From IMG/VR virus record IMGVR_UViG_3300036784_000120, positions 63,790 through 127,789 of that record: a DNA stretch of 64,000 nucleotides; one strand, 5' to 3'. Positions 1-8,957 of this stretch are shown here, piece after piece (position 1 is the stretch's first letter; each line of letters starts with the position of its first letter). A program made the translations under genes and the position numbers. This DNA comes from a virus. Taxonomy: Duplodnaviria; Caudoviricetes. The notes beneath the pieces were generated by a model, which did not search any database, had not been told where the DNA came from, and saw nothing but the letters and a program-made list of their open reading frames with translations.

Positions 1-2300
1 CCCTTGGCGAGCTGCTTGCCGTACTTGGACAGCGCGATGTTCATCGCCTCGTCGAACTGCTCGCGGCTGGCATGCTCGTCGATCGAGGTGGTGTCCAGGC
101 CGGTCGGCTTGATGCTCATCGCGTACTTGTCGGCGCCCTGCGGCAGGTCCTGCCCGGACCGCGGGTCGATGGTCGCGCCGCCCCACGACTTCTGCACCTC
201 AGCGTAGGTGCGTGCCTTGATAGCCTCCCAGTTTTTGCGCATCCCCTCGGTGGTCCACGGCTGATGCTGAATGTCGTGGAGCCGGTCGCGGCCTTCCGCC
301 GCCATCTGATGGAACTCGTCTTCGCTGACCGGCCTCGAGTTACCCCGCGCGCCTTCACCGCGGATCGGCTCAGTGACCTTCTCGAGCAGGCCCGCGCCGC
401 CGCGGGTCCACCGGCCGTCACGGTCGCGGGGCTCATCCCGCCACCCTTCCCAGCCGCGCAAGTCGATCAGGCGGGCCTGCCCGCTGACTGTCATGTCCTG
501 CTCAGGTGCCACCTCACGGACAACGCGCACCGGATGCGTGGTGCGGAAATCCTCCCCAGGCCGCCCGTCTGGATCCGCTTCCACTGGCCCGGTGGGTTCT
601 ACCTCATAGACATGCGCAGCCGCGTTCTCGTCCCGGGCCGCGCGCAGCCGGCCGATGCGATTGTGGGCGACGGTCGCGGCACGGTCGGCGTAGCGGGTAG
701 CTACCTTGACGCTACGAGACACATGGTTGTACTGCCCCTGCAGACCGTTCACGTTCTCAAGACGGGGATCACGGGATGTGGCTGGGTGCCCTGTCTCAAC
801 TAGATCCCCGGGCTTCAGTACCGCGCTGGTGCCGTGGAAAAACTGGCCGTGCTCGTCCCGCGGTTCTGTCCGCCAGCCTTCCCAGTCGGATGCCGCCAGC
901 TGCGCGGTCCCGCCGTACCGGGCATGCTGCTTCCCGCCGCCTTCCTCAGCGTCGGCCGTGACCTTATCCAGCCCGGCCAGCCATTTCGCCTCGGCCGGGT
1001 AGTTGTCGGTGAAGTGGACGGCGAGTTTCCCCGCATGCTCCACCGCGCCGGCGAGGTGCTTCTCGCAGTGGTCGGCGTTGAACTCCCATTCGGCGCCGTC
1101 CGGATCGGTGTCGGCTGTCATCGCTTCGGCGTGCCGGGATCCGTGGGTGAGCTCGTGGAGCGTTGTCTCGAGGAGATGCGCGGTGGTGGCGCTCTTGGCG
1201 GCGCTGCTGACTGCCTTCGCCAGCCCGATCACGTTCCAGTCGTCAGCTACTGCCATGTCGGCTGGATAGTCAACGAAACCGGTCACGGGGCGGACACCTG
1301 CCACCATCTTCGCGGGGATGTCCTTCTTCAGCGCATAGGCAGCCCCGCCCATATGATCTTGCGCGGGCCACAGGAACTCGCTGGCCCTCGACTTCGGGAT
1401 GCGGATCTTTACGGTGGCGCGGTCACCTGCGCCGCGGCTGGCGTACGCATCGGCTGTCTGCCGGTTTACGGTAGTGACGGGCCATTTCGCGGGATAGATG
1501 TGCCCTTCTGAGACATGCAGGCCGGTTTTGGCGATGGAGTCGGCATTCTCCCGGCTCGTACCGTGGTAGAGCGTGATCCACTCGCCGTGCCCCCCCCGCG
1601 CCTCGTGTTCCCATGCGGCCAGGTCCAGTGCCGCGGCCTGCTGCCCGGTCAGCCCGACCGCCTGGCGGACCTGCTCGAGTTCCGCCGCCTCAGCGGGGTA
1701 ATGCTCGCGGAGGTTCGCGGTGAGCCAGTGCGCGTCGTCGAGGGCGGAGGCCAGGTGCCGGGCGACATGCGTGCAGTGATACGCGCGCAACGCCCCGGCC
1801 GCGGCCCGGGCGGCGGTCATCCGGCCGGCGGCGTGCGCGAGGTTATGCAGGATCCCGTCGACACGGTGGGCGGTGAACATGGCGATCGCCGCACGATCGC
1901 CGGGGACGGGCAGGCCGGGTGCTGTCATCGCCGCCGGGGCAACCGTCACCGCGGCGGCCAGGTCCAGCGCCTGGGCGGTGATACTGGCGTGCTCCTGGCC
2001 GGGCTGCGGGTCGTTGCGGCGTTCGATCAGCTCGTGGGCGATCTCAAGCCAGTCAACTGCGGCCGGGTCACCGCCGGACGCTGCGAGGTCCTCGAGCACG
2101 GCACGGGGCACCAGGTGCTCGTGCAGCGTGTCCGCGACAGTGTGCGGGTTACCCGGGTATTCGCGGGCCACGTCGAGGGCCTGCCGCAGCACATCCTCGT
2201 TGGTGAAGATCCACTTCACCAGGTGCATGGTTTCCTGGGTGTGCCAGCCTTGCCCGGTGAAACCGGGGACATGGCCGTCAATCTGAGCGGTGATCGTCAT
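1..2300 (-). CDS. Large multidomain head-region protein with two H-type ADP-ribosyltransferase domains; 3' end runs off the window (>766 aa)
   Basis: Absent from the ORF track because there is no stop in the window. Translated by hand from ATG 2300 (ATGA overlap with 2297..2548): MTITAQIDGHVPGF... It contains TLYHGTSRENADSIAKTGL...ADAYA (~1300-1580) and Arr-like FFHGTSAVLKPGDLVETGH...VYEVEPTGPVEADPD...FRTTHPVRVVREV (~505-850). Track ORFs 72..803, 834..1511 and 1515..2615 are its antisense shadows. Confidence 0.85.
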   Translation of the reverse strand, partial: MTITAQIDGHVPGFTGQGWHTQETMHLVKWIFTNEDVLRQALDVAREYPGNPHTVADTLHEHLVPRAVLEDLAASGGDPAAVDWLEIAHELIERRNDPQPGQEHASITAQALDLAAAVTVAPAAMTAPGLPVPGDRAAIAMFTAHRVDGILHNLAHAAGRMTAARAAAGALRAYHCTHVARHLASALDDAHWLTANLREHYPAEAAELEQVRQAVGLTGQQAAALDLAAWEHEARGGHGEWITLYHGTSRENADSIAKTGLHVSEGHIYPAKWPVTTVNRQTADAYASRGAGDRATVKIRIPKSRASEFLWPAQDHMGGAAYALKKDIPAKMVAGVRPVTGFVDYPADMAVADDWNVIGLAKAVSSAAKSATTAHLLETTLHELTHGSRHAEAMTADTDPDGAEWEFNADHCEKHLAGAVEHAGKLAVHFTDNYPAEAKWLAGLDKVTADAEEGGGKQHARYGGTAQLAASDWEGWRTEPRDEHGQFFHGTSAVLKPGDLVETGHPATSRDPRLENVNGLQGQYNHVSRSVKVATRYADRAATVAHNRIGRLRAARDENAAAHVYEVEPTGPVEADPDGRPGEDFRTTHPVRVVREVAPEQDMTVSGQARLIDLRGWEGWRDEPRDRDGRWTRGGAGLLEKVTEPIRGEGARGNSRPVSEDEFHQMAAEGRDRLHDIQHQPWTTEGMRKNWEAIKARTYAEVQKSWGGATIDPRSGQDLPQGADKYAMSIKPTGLDTTSIDEHASREQFDEAMNIALSKYGKQLAK

Positions 2301-2548
2301 CCCGTCGCCGCCCTCGATCGTTTCCCTGTCCCGCTGCAGTGCTCGCAGGGCACGGTGTCATCCACCGTCGCGGCGGCCCGGGCGCGTTCCTGCCGCCGCC
2401 ATTCGAGGTACTCGTTCGACAGGACCCGGATGCTGGTCGGGACGGGGCGCCCGCACCGCCACAGCCGCACATGGGTGGCGCGGGCCTCACGCAGCACAGC
2501 GATACGGTCCTCGTCGATCGTGGTGGTCTCGGCGGGCTGGGTGGTCAC
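2297..2548 (-). CDS. Hypothetical protein with CxxC/GxG zinc-knuckle-like C-terminus
   Basis: 4-nt overlaps with both neighbours; PCEHCSGTGK. Confidence 0.7.
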   Translation of the reverse strand: MTTQPAETTTIDEDRIAVLREARATHVRLWRCGRPVPTSIRVLSNEYLEWRRQERARAAATVDDTVPCEHCSGTGKRSRAATG

Positions 2549-2925
2549 AGCGCCCGCCGTTCCTGCCCGGCGGCGGGCAGTTCCCGGTCTGCGTTCTCCC
2601 AGTTCCGCCAGATAGTCATCAGCTCAGCGAGGCATTCCGCATAGGTCGGCTTGGTGATGATGAGCATCCGCTGCATGACGGTGGTGAGGTGCCAGCCGTC
2701 GAGCGCCTGAACGGCATCGACCGCGGCCTGGAACGCGGATCCTTTCAGGTCTTTGCTCGCGTACAGCCGTTTCCCGGCGGGCACGTCGACACCGACCATG
2801 ACCCATTCGGGGTCCAGTTCACCCGCTGGCCGGGGCGGCTGGTAGCTGCCGCTGCCCCGTTGCCGCCTGGGGGCGTCCGCCGCGGCGGCGGAGCCCGGTC
2901 GGCTGTACCGTTCGACCTCGGTCAT
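2545..2925 (-). CDS. Hypothetical phage protein
   Basis: Operon-coupled ORF with normal composition. Confidence 0.7.
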   Translation of the reverse strand: MTEVERYSRPGSAAAADAPRRQRGSGSYQPPRPAGELDPEWVMVGVDVPAGKRLYASKDLKGSAFQAAVDAVQALDGWHLTTVMQRMLIITKPTYAECLAELMTIWRNWENADRELPAAGQERRAL

Positions 2926-2934
2926 GCCGGCTCG

Positions 2935-5900
2935 CTAAAGTTTCGCGGCCTGCGCGGTGAGCGCGGCCGCCTGGGTCAGCAGGGCGGTGACCTGCTTGGT
3001 CAGCGCGGTGATCTGCGCCTTGATCTGCAGCTGCGACATGCTCTTTTGCAGCGCGGCGGTCTGCGCCGGGGTGACCGCGCTCGCGGCGGCCTTCACTCCG
3101 GCGGTGACCTGGGAGGCGACCGTGGACGCGGCGGTGGCGGTCTTGGCGGCGGTGGTGGTCTTGGCTGCCGTCGTCTTCGCCGCGGTCGTGGCGGTGGTGG
3201 CTTTCTTGGCGGCGGTCGTGGCCCCGGCCTGCTTGGTGGTGGTGCCCTTGAGCGCGGCTTTCAGCAACGCGAGCTGCTTCATCTTGGCCGCAGCCTGCGC
3301 CCGCAGCGCGGCGGCCTGCTTGTTGAGGGCCGCCTTCTGGCTGGCCTTTGAGTTAGCACCGCCGCCGGCCCCGCTAGCTCCACTGCCGCCGCTGCCGAAC
3401 TGGCCGCCGCCGAGCTGCCCGGCCGCGATCCGCGGGTCTTGCGCCGCCCCCGCCGCCGTGCCCGTCAGCTCAACCACCACCGAGGACAGGTCATCCCAGG
3501 TGCGGCCTCTCCTGGCAGTCGCCGGCCGGCTGGCCGTCAACTCAACCACCGATGCCACGTTGTCCCATGTCACGGTCATCATCTTCGCCGCCTGTGCCTG
3601 TGTCTGCCACGCTGATGCGAGCAGGTCGCTGATCTGGGTGTTGAGCAGCGCGACCCGCTGCCCGTCGCCGCCGGTTTTGCGCAGCGCGTCCCGCTGCCTG
3701 ATCAGTGCGGCGGCCTTCGCCTGCCCCTCCTGGGCGGTGACCATCGCCTCCGCCTCCGCCGTGGACACGCCGTTAGCCTGCGCGACGCGGGCGACCTTCT
3801 TCGCGCGGGCGGCCTGCGCCTTGGCCGGCACGGCGGCGGGCTTCGCCGGCGCGGCGGTCTGCGCGGCGGGCTTCACCGGCGCGGCAGCCGCAGCAGCCGG
3901 GTCCGGCGCGGCGGCCTTCACCGGCACGGCAGCCGGGGCCGGAGCGGCAGCCTGGCCGCCTTTGACAGCGCCCTTCGGCGGGTTGAGCACCGCCGCGAAC
4001 TCGAGCGCGGCGGTCTGCGAGCTGAACTGGCCGGGATCATCGAGGCGGTTGCCCGGACCCTTGGCTATGGCCCGCTGGTTGGCGGCCAGGGGGTTGGACG
4101 TAACCGCGCGGATAGCGTTAGCCATGCCAGCAGCCCGGCCACTTCGCTTTTGGAACCCGAAACTGGGATTCGGCCAGCCGGACTTGACCTCGAACTGTTC
4201 CTTCCGGCCGCCGGGGAACTCCATCAGGACGCGCTGCGGACCCTTGGGGCTGACCAGCTTGCCCTGCTTGTTCCTCACGGGCAGCATGTTGCGGCTGCCG
4301 CGCACGACTCCCCGCCCGTACTTCGGGTGGGTGTGTATGGTGCCCGGCTCCGTCTCGGTGATCCCGCCGACCAGGACCCACCCGTGGTGGTACGTGTACC
4401 CGGTCCCCGGAAGGTGGTGCCCCGCGATCGAGGCCAGCTCGATCACCCGGTCGAGGTCACGCCAGGTCCAGCTCAGTTCGTCCATGCCGCCGTTAGGCCC
4501 TCCGCCGTAGCCGCCGCTGTCGACCAGTTCCTGCTGGATCTTGCGACTGGAGAGTGTCGGCGGCCCGTACGAGCTGAGTGCCGCGTTGTCCTTGAACTCC
4601 TGGATCTTCGCTGCCGCCAGGTCAGACGCCTGCATCCACAGCTGATGCGACCGTTGCATGTCACCGGCTGCCGCCGCCGCGCGGGACTGCCTCACCAGCC
4701 GCACGACATCCGGGTGCTTGTTGGCCGCCGCCCTGGCCTTCTCGTCCAGCGAATTCGGGTCGGGGGCACTCGTGTCAGACCAGGCAGCCCCGCCGCCGGA
4801 CCACTCGCCGCGACGGTTACGCCGCTGCGCCGGGTTGAAATGGCTGAGGAAACCCAGTTCGATCGGGTCGAAGCGCCAGGCCAGTTCAACCACTGCCGCG
4901 ACATCATCCCAGGTCGCGGCGTGACCGTGGATGGCCCTGGCTGCCGCGCCTTTCGCTTTCTCCTCCGCCAGCGCTCCCGCCGCCGCAGCACGGACCTCCG
5001 GGTGGGCGTGACCGCCGCCCCGCGACCATTTCCGCAGCGCCCCGTACGCGATCGCCGACGCGCGGCCCTTGTCCATGCCCCGCTTCTCCATCAGGGCCTT
5101 GACGACCTGCTCGAAGTAGTCGGAATGCTTCATGCCCTTGACGCCGTACAGGCCGGGTCCGCCCGGCTTCCCGTACGGCGCCGGGGTGACCGCCAGCCGG
5201 CCTGTCTGGGCACTGAACTCGAACAGCGGTGCGCCGTTCCTGGTGGGACCGTATCCGTACTTTTTCGTGCTCTTGCGGATCGCCTTGGGCAGCGGCTGCC
5301 CTATGATGCGCGCCAGGCTGGCGATGTCCGCCTTGCCCACCTTGGACCGGCTGGAGTTGCGCTCGCGCTCGCGCATGGCCTTCACGCTGTGACTGGTCGC
5401 GCCCTTGGTCAGCCTCTTAACCAGCGCGTTCACCAGATCGTCACTGGACCACTCGCCGTGCTTGCCGCGCTTCTCGCCCGGGTCGTAGTGGTGCCCCAGC
5501 CCGATCACGCGGTCAAGGTCACCCCACCCGTATGCCGCGAACTGCTTAGAACCGTTCGGCTGCCCGCGCTGCGGGTCCGCCACGGCCGGGTCACTGCCGC
5601 CGCTGCTGGTCCGGTCCGGGGCGTTCAGGGCCCGGTCACCGCCCGGCTGCCTCGCGGTTGGCCTGGCGGCGAGCGCTCCCGGACCGTACCCGGCGTTCGG
5701 GTCGCGGCCCGGCGGGGCTGACGCGTCGTCACCGTAGGAGTCCCGCCGGAGCGCCGCCTGGTTCCGCTCCGCCACATCGGCGATGTCTTTGACGAGCAGC
5801 AGGTGCCGGTGGACGCCGTGCATCGTCAGGCGGGCGGCGGTGTGCGCGTCGTCGGTGTGCAGGCCGTGCCGCATCAGCGACTGCGGGGTCAGGGAGAACA

Positions 5901-6291
5901 TGGCGGCCCGCAGATGCCGCTGGGCGGCTTCCTCGTTCCCCGCGCGGAGCGTCCTGGCTGCGTCCCGGACATGCTGGTGGACGATCATGTCGGGATGGTC
6001 GGCGGCGATGTGGTCGGCGAGTTTGCTCATCGACTTCGCGGCCTGCACCCGCATCGGGGTCAGCGGCGTGTGCCTCGAGCGGCGGAACGCCGGCGGCGGG
6101 ACGGCGGCAGGAGGTACGGAATTGGCTCCCCGCGCGCCTACCGTTTTCGCCGGAGTTGAACCGGTCCCTGCTCTTACCTGCGGATTGACCGCCGTCCTCC
6201 GCCCGCCGCGGCTGCGTGAGACAGCGCCAGCCGGCTTACCCAGCGGACGGCCAGGGGGCGCCTTCTTGACTGCTGCCGGGGAAGCGGTCAT
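2935..6291 (-). CDS. Large repeat-punctuated head-region protein (1118 aa)
   Basis: Repeated WxDxxxV(I/V)EL(A/T) and HxxPxxxRxxxGEW motifs, Ala/Lys-rich linkers; lies downstream of MuF and portal. Confidence 0.8.
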   Translation of the reverse strand: MTASPAAVKKAPPGRPLGKPAGAVSRSRGGRRTAVNPQVRAGTGSTPAKTVGARGANSVPPAAVPPPAFRRSRHTPLTPMRVQAAKSMSKLADHIAADHPDMIVHQHVRDAARTLRAGNEEAAQRHLRAAMFSLTPQSLMRHGLHTDDAHTAARLTMHGVHRHLLLVKDIADVAERNQAALRRDSYGDDASAPPGRDPNAGYGPGALAARPTARQPGGDRALNAPDRTSSGGSDPAVADPQRGQPNGSKQFAAYGWGDLDRVIGLGHHYDPGEKRGKHGEWSSDDLVNALVKRLTKGATSHSVKAMRERERNSSRSKVGKADIASLARIIGQPLPKAIRKSTKKYGYGPTRNGAPLFEFSAQTGRLAVTPAPYGKPGGPGLYGVKGMKHSDYFEQVVKALMEKRGMDKGRASAIAYGALRKWSRGGGHAHPEVRAAAAGALAEEKAKGAAARAIHGHAATWDDVAAVVELAWRFDPIELGFLSHFNPAQRRNRRGEWSGGGAAWSDTSAPDPNSLDEKARAAANKHPDVVRLVRQSRAAAAAGDMQRSHQLWMQASDLAAAKIQEFKDNAALSSYGPPTLSSRKIQQELVDSGGYGGGPNGGMDELSWTWRDLDRVIELASIAGHHLPGTGYTYHHGWVLVGGITETEPGTIHTHPKYGRGVVRGSRNMLPVRNKQGKLVSPKGPQRVLMEFPGGRKEQFEVKSGWPNPSFGFQKRSGRAAGMANAIRAVTSNPLAANQRAIAKGPGNRLDDPGQFSSQTAALEFAAVLNPPKGAVKGGQAAAPAPAAVPVKAAAPDPAAAAAAPVKPAAQTAAPAKPAAVPAKAQAARAKKVARVAQANGVSTAEAEAMVTAQEGQAKAAALIRQRDALRKTGGDGQRVALLNTQISDLLASAWQTQAQAAKMMTVTWDNVASVVELTASRPATARRGRTWDDLSSVVVELTGTAAGAAQDPRIAAGQLGGGQFGSGGSGASGAGGGANSKASQKAALNKQAAALRAQAAAKMKQLALLKAALKGTTTKQAGATTAAKKATTATTAAKTTAAKTTTAAKTATAASTVASQVTAGVKAAASAVTPAQTAALQKSMSQLQIKAQITALTKQVTALLTQAAALTAQAAKL

Positions 6292-6839
6292 GTGATCCTC
6301 ACCTTCCCGCGCATGGCGAGCGTCACCAGCGCAGACTCCCAGCCCGTGTCACCCAGCGTCTCAACCCCGATCGGGCGGCCTTCGCCGTCCACGTCAACCA
6401 TCAAGTCATCACCGACGGGAATGGTGCGCGCTACCGGTGTCTTCTCCGGCAGCAGGTACACGTAGCCGAGCCGCAATCCGTTCCCGGTTTCCTCCCGTGC
6501 CTTAGCCAGCGCCGGCCGCAGGTCGAGGATGCCGACCACCCGGCCGTCCGGCAGCGGCACTTTCGCCAGCATCGGATGCCCGTGGTGGAGCCGGTTCGAT
6601 TCGGCCCACACGTCAGCTGCCTCATCGTCCCGGTAGATGGACGCATACACGTCGTCGGCGGTGACAGCCGGGTCGACGGGAACCTGCGTGGTCCTGGCCA
6701 GCGCCAGGGCGTCAGCACCAGCGATGTGCTCTGGCATGCCGTACTGCGCGGCCATCCCGGCACGCCGGGCGCTGCGCTCCACTACCCCGGCGGCCCGCGC
6801 CGGGTCGGCGTAGAACTCGTACGCCTCGTCATCGCTCAT
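6288..6839 (-). CDS. Protein with C-terminal DUF2283-like domain
   Basis: GYVYLLPEKTPVARTIPVGDDLMVDVDGEGRPIGVETL matches the DUF2283 pattern. Confidence 0.7.
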   Translation of the reverse strand: MSDDEAYEFYADPARAAGVVERSARRAGMAAQYGMPEHIAGADALALARTTQVPVDPAVTADDVYASIYRDDEAADVWAESNRLHHGHPMLAKVPLPDGRVVGILDLRPALAKAREETGNGLRLGYVYLLPEKTPVARTIPVGDDLMVDVDGEGRPIGVETLGDTGWESALVTLAMRGKVRIT

Positions 6840-7351
6840 GCGGCCACCGCCAGCGGCCCGCAGATCCCGCAGGCAGCGTCCGTGACGTTGCCGACGGACA
6901 GGTGCGGGCAGGAGAACGTCCGGCCGGCGCCGGACAGCGACGTGCCGAGCGTCTTCGGCTCGCCCATCCGGCCACTGCCCTTGATCAGTCCCGTGGGACG
7001 CGCGGCACCGAGACGCAAGTCAACCTGCCCGTACCTGACGAGGACGGGCAGCAGCGCCGCAGCGACCTGCTCGAGCGCGCCAGCCGGGATCCGCAGCGGC
7101 TCGTCGAAGCCTTCCACGGCCAGTTCGGTGGCGGCCGGCACGTCGAGCTCCCGGCGCACCAGCCGCCTGATCCACGATCCCACAGTGACCCCTTCCCCGG
7201 ACGCGCGTTCCTTCACTGCCTCGATGACCTCGGGCGCGAACCGGACCGCGGTCATGGCGGTGAGCCGCTGCCCCTGGCGTTTGCGGCCCGGCCCGGTGAT
7301 CTGCAGGTGCTCCGGGTTGGCGTAGAACTCGTACGCCTCGTCATCGTTCAT
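6836..7351 (-). CDS. Ribbon-helix-helix (CopG-like) DNA-binding protein with C-terminal zinc ribbon
   Basis: AMTAVRFAPEVIEAVKERASGEGVTVGSWIRRLVRREL; CPH...CGIC; start reassigned to ATG 7351. Confidence 0.7.
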   Translation of the reverse strand: MNDDEAYEFYANPEHLQITGPGRKRQGQRLTAMTAVRFAPEVIEAVKERASGEGVTVGSWIRRLVRRELDVPAATELAVEGFDEPLRIPAGALEQVAAALLPVLVRYGQVDLRLGAARPTGLIKGSGRMGEPKTLGTSLSGAGRTFSCPHLSVGNVTDAACGICGPLAVAA

Positions 7352-7476
7352 GAGGCGCACCATCCGCAGGTCGTGGTGTGGCGGCGGCCCAGCGGACGCC
7401 ACCGGCAGCCGCACCGGCAGTCATGCCGCCGCCAGACAGCGAGCCGGACCAGCCGCCGCTCAAACGTGACGCTCAT
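7348..7476 (-). CDS. Small Cys-rich protein (42 aa)
   Basis: MSVTFERRLVRLAVWRRHDCRCGCRWRPLGRRHTTTCGWCAS; ATGA overlaps at both ends. Confidence 0.55.
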   Translation of the reverse strand: MSVTFERRLVRLAVWRRHDCRCGCRWRPLGRRHTTTCGWCAS

Positions 7477-8957
7477 GCTGCCCTCGCATATCTCGCGCCG
7501 CGGCTCGGCAGCAGCGCCGCACCCGGCCAGGGCGGGCCCGGATAGCAGCGGCAGTTGTGAACTAGAATGCTATTGGCGGTGTACCAGCCGGTCGTGGTCT
7601 GGAGGTTGTAGACGTGCGTCGAGTCCCGGAACCTGCGGACCTGCCTAACCTGGTCGAACGCTACGACAGAGGCCAGAGCGTCAAGGCGCTCGCCGACGAT
7701 CTCGGCATGAGCCGGATGGCGCTGACCAGGTTCCTCCGCGAGAACGGCGTCCAACTCCGCGGCATCACCGACGCTAACCGCCTGCTGGCGGCTAACCGCA
7801 GCCCCGAGGAGCATGCGCGCAACGCCGAGGCGGCTCACGCCGCCGTGCGCGGAAGCCGTCAGACGATCGGGCACCGGACCAAGATCGCCCGCGCCAAGCA
7901 CGGCCAGGCGACCGGGAGCCCCACGGAAATGCTCTATGCCGAGTGGCTGGCCGACCTGCACCCGGTGCATCAGTTCGCGGTCGGCCCGTACAACTGCGAC
8001 CTGATGATCGAGCCCGTCGCCGTGGAAATCAACGGCGGCCACTGGCACGGTTCCGGTCGCCACGCGGCCAGGGCCCGCGCCCGCACCGAGTACATCCTCG
8101 ATCAGGGCTACAACATCGTGTTCGTATGGGTCACCGGCCGCACAGGCGGCGCCCGGATCGAGAGCGCGAACTACATACGATCTGTCGTCGAGTTCGCCAG
8201 CAGCCCGGTACCCCTGCGGGGTAAGTATTGGGTGGTTTGGGGTGACGGTGAGGTCGTACCCATCGGCGGTTACGATCTCGACGAACTCGCCGACGTACCG
8301 ACGCGCGGCCCCAAGCAGCACTGACGGCGACACCACCTTGGTGCCCGCCGGGAAGCAGTGCGGGTGGACAGCACCGGGGAACCCTATGTGCGGCATGGCC
8401 GTGGCGTAGAAGTTTTTCCGGTCCGCGGCCATGCACTCGGCGCTGGTCCGGTCGTCGAGCACCGTGTTCCAGCCGAGCAGCGGCCCGTGCTCCACCGCGG
8501 CCATATCCGTTTTCCCTGCCGCAGTGGCCCGGTTCCACATGGCTGCCTGATGCTGCGCATAGAAACGGCGTTCGGTGGCGAGCTGATCCCGGATCGCGGC
8601 GGTCACCGGGGTGCCTTTCGCCCGCGCGTCCCGCGCCGCCCCCATCACCCGGCGGGTCGCGGCGATCACGTACTGGGCGCGGCGGGCCGCGTTCATCCTT
8701 GAGGTTTGCTCCGATGCCGCCCCGATCACCCCGGTCACCGGCGGCGGGGTCTGCATCACGTCGGTGAGGACCCCGCCGAGCGCCTGCCACGTCGCGGCGG
8801 GCAGGGCGAACCGCCGTTTCAGCAGCGCGACCGCGGAGGCCGCGGATACGGCGGTGACGAGCACCGCGGCGACAGCGACGGCGAGGGCAGCGTCACCCAG
8901 GCCGTCATCACCCGCCGGCGGCGGCGGGGGCTGCTGCTGCGGTGCCGGGGTGGTCAT
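7473..8957 (-). CDS. MuF-like (SPP1 gp7-type) minor head protein containing an intein
   Basis: WNTVLDDRTSAEC...PGAVHPH|intein|CRCYP; the conserved HPxCRC motif is restored on splicing. Confidence 0.88.
   Translation of the reverse strand: MTTPAPQQQPPPPPAGDDGLGDAALAVAVAAVLVTAVSAASAVALLKRRFALPAATWQALGGVLTDVMQTPPPVTGVIGAASEQTSRMNAARRAQYVIAATRRVMGAARDARAKGTPVTAAIRDQLATERRFYAQHQAAMWNRATAAGKTDMAAVEHGPLLGWNTVLDDRTSAECMAADRKNFYATAMPHIGFPGAVHPHCFPAGTKVVSPSVLLGAARRYVGEFVEIVTADGYDLTVTPNHPILTPQGYRAAGELDDRSYVVRALDPGAACAAGDPYEHDVVALIEDVLGAGAGPGRVATGTVPVAAVDFHGDGLDHQVAVVRADRELMHRVQVGQPLGIEHFRGAPGRLAVLGAGDLGPVPDRLTASAHGGVSRLGVARMLLGAAVSRQQAVSVGDAAELDAVLAEEPGQRHPAHAEIVGERLDALASVVAFDQVRQVRRFRDSTHVYNLQTTTGWYTANSILVHNCRCYPGPPWPGAALLPSRGARYARAA
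7563..7605 (+). promoter_or_regulatory. Candidate -10 (TAGAAT 7563-7568) and RBS (GGAGG 7601-7605) for the antisense endonuclease
   Basis: Both lie inside intein blocks F/G; the RBS is 8 nt before GTG 7614; intein codons here (ATT CTA GTT) are unusually AT-rich; no clear -35. Confidence 0.55.
7614..8324 (+). CDS. HTH + DUF559/Vsr-like PD-(D/E)xK endonuclease encoded antisense inside the intein
   Basis: N-terminal HTH (YDRGQSVKALADDLGMSRMALTRFLRENGV); SPTEML...HQFAVGPYNCDLMIEPVAVEINGGHWH...ILDQGYNIVFVW; RBS present. Confidence 0.82.
   Translation: MRRVPEPADLPNLVERYDRGQSVKALADDLGMSRMALTRFLRENGVQLRGITDANRLLAANRSPEEHARNAEAAHAAVRGSRQTIGHRTKIARAKHGQATGSPTEMLYAEWLADLHPVHQFAVGPYNCDLMIEPVAVEINGGHWHGSGRHAARARARTEYILDQGYNIVFVWVTGRTGGARIESANYIRSVVEFASSPVPLRGKYWVVWGDGEVVPIGGYDLDELADVPTRGPKQH

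Larger units (their letters stand above)
7554..8357 (-). mobile_element. Intein (268 aa) in the MuF HPH/CRC motif
   Basis: Block A CFPAGTKVV, block B LTVTPNHPILT, block F VYNLQT, block G ILVHN followed by Cys+1. Confidence 0.92.

Noticed and set aside
72-2615. Long + strand ORFs 72..803, 834..1511 and 1515..2615 (and similar ones such as 2957..4510, 4150..5721, 23194..24774, 31808..33262, 47460..48953, 58625..60103)
   Set aside because: Antisense or off-frame shadows of real high-GC genes with no motifs; 7614..8324 differs in having nuclease motifs and an RBS.
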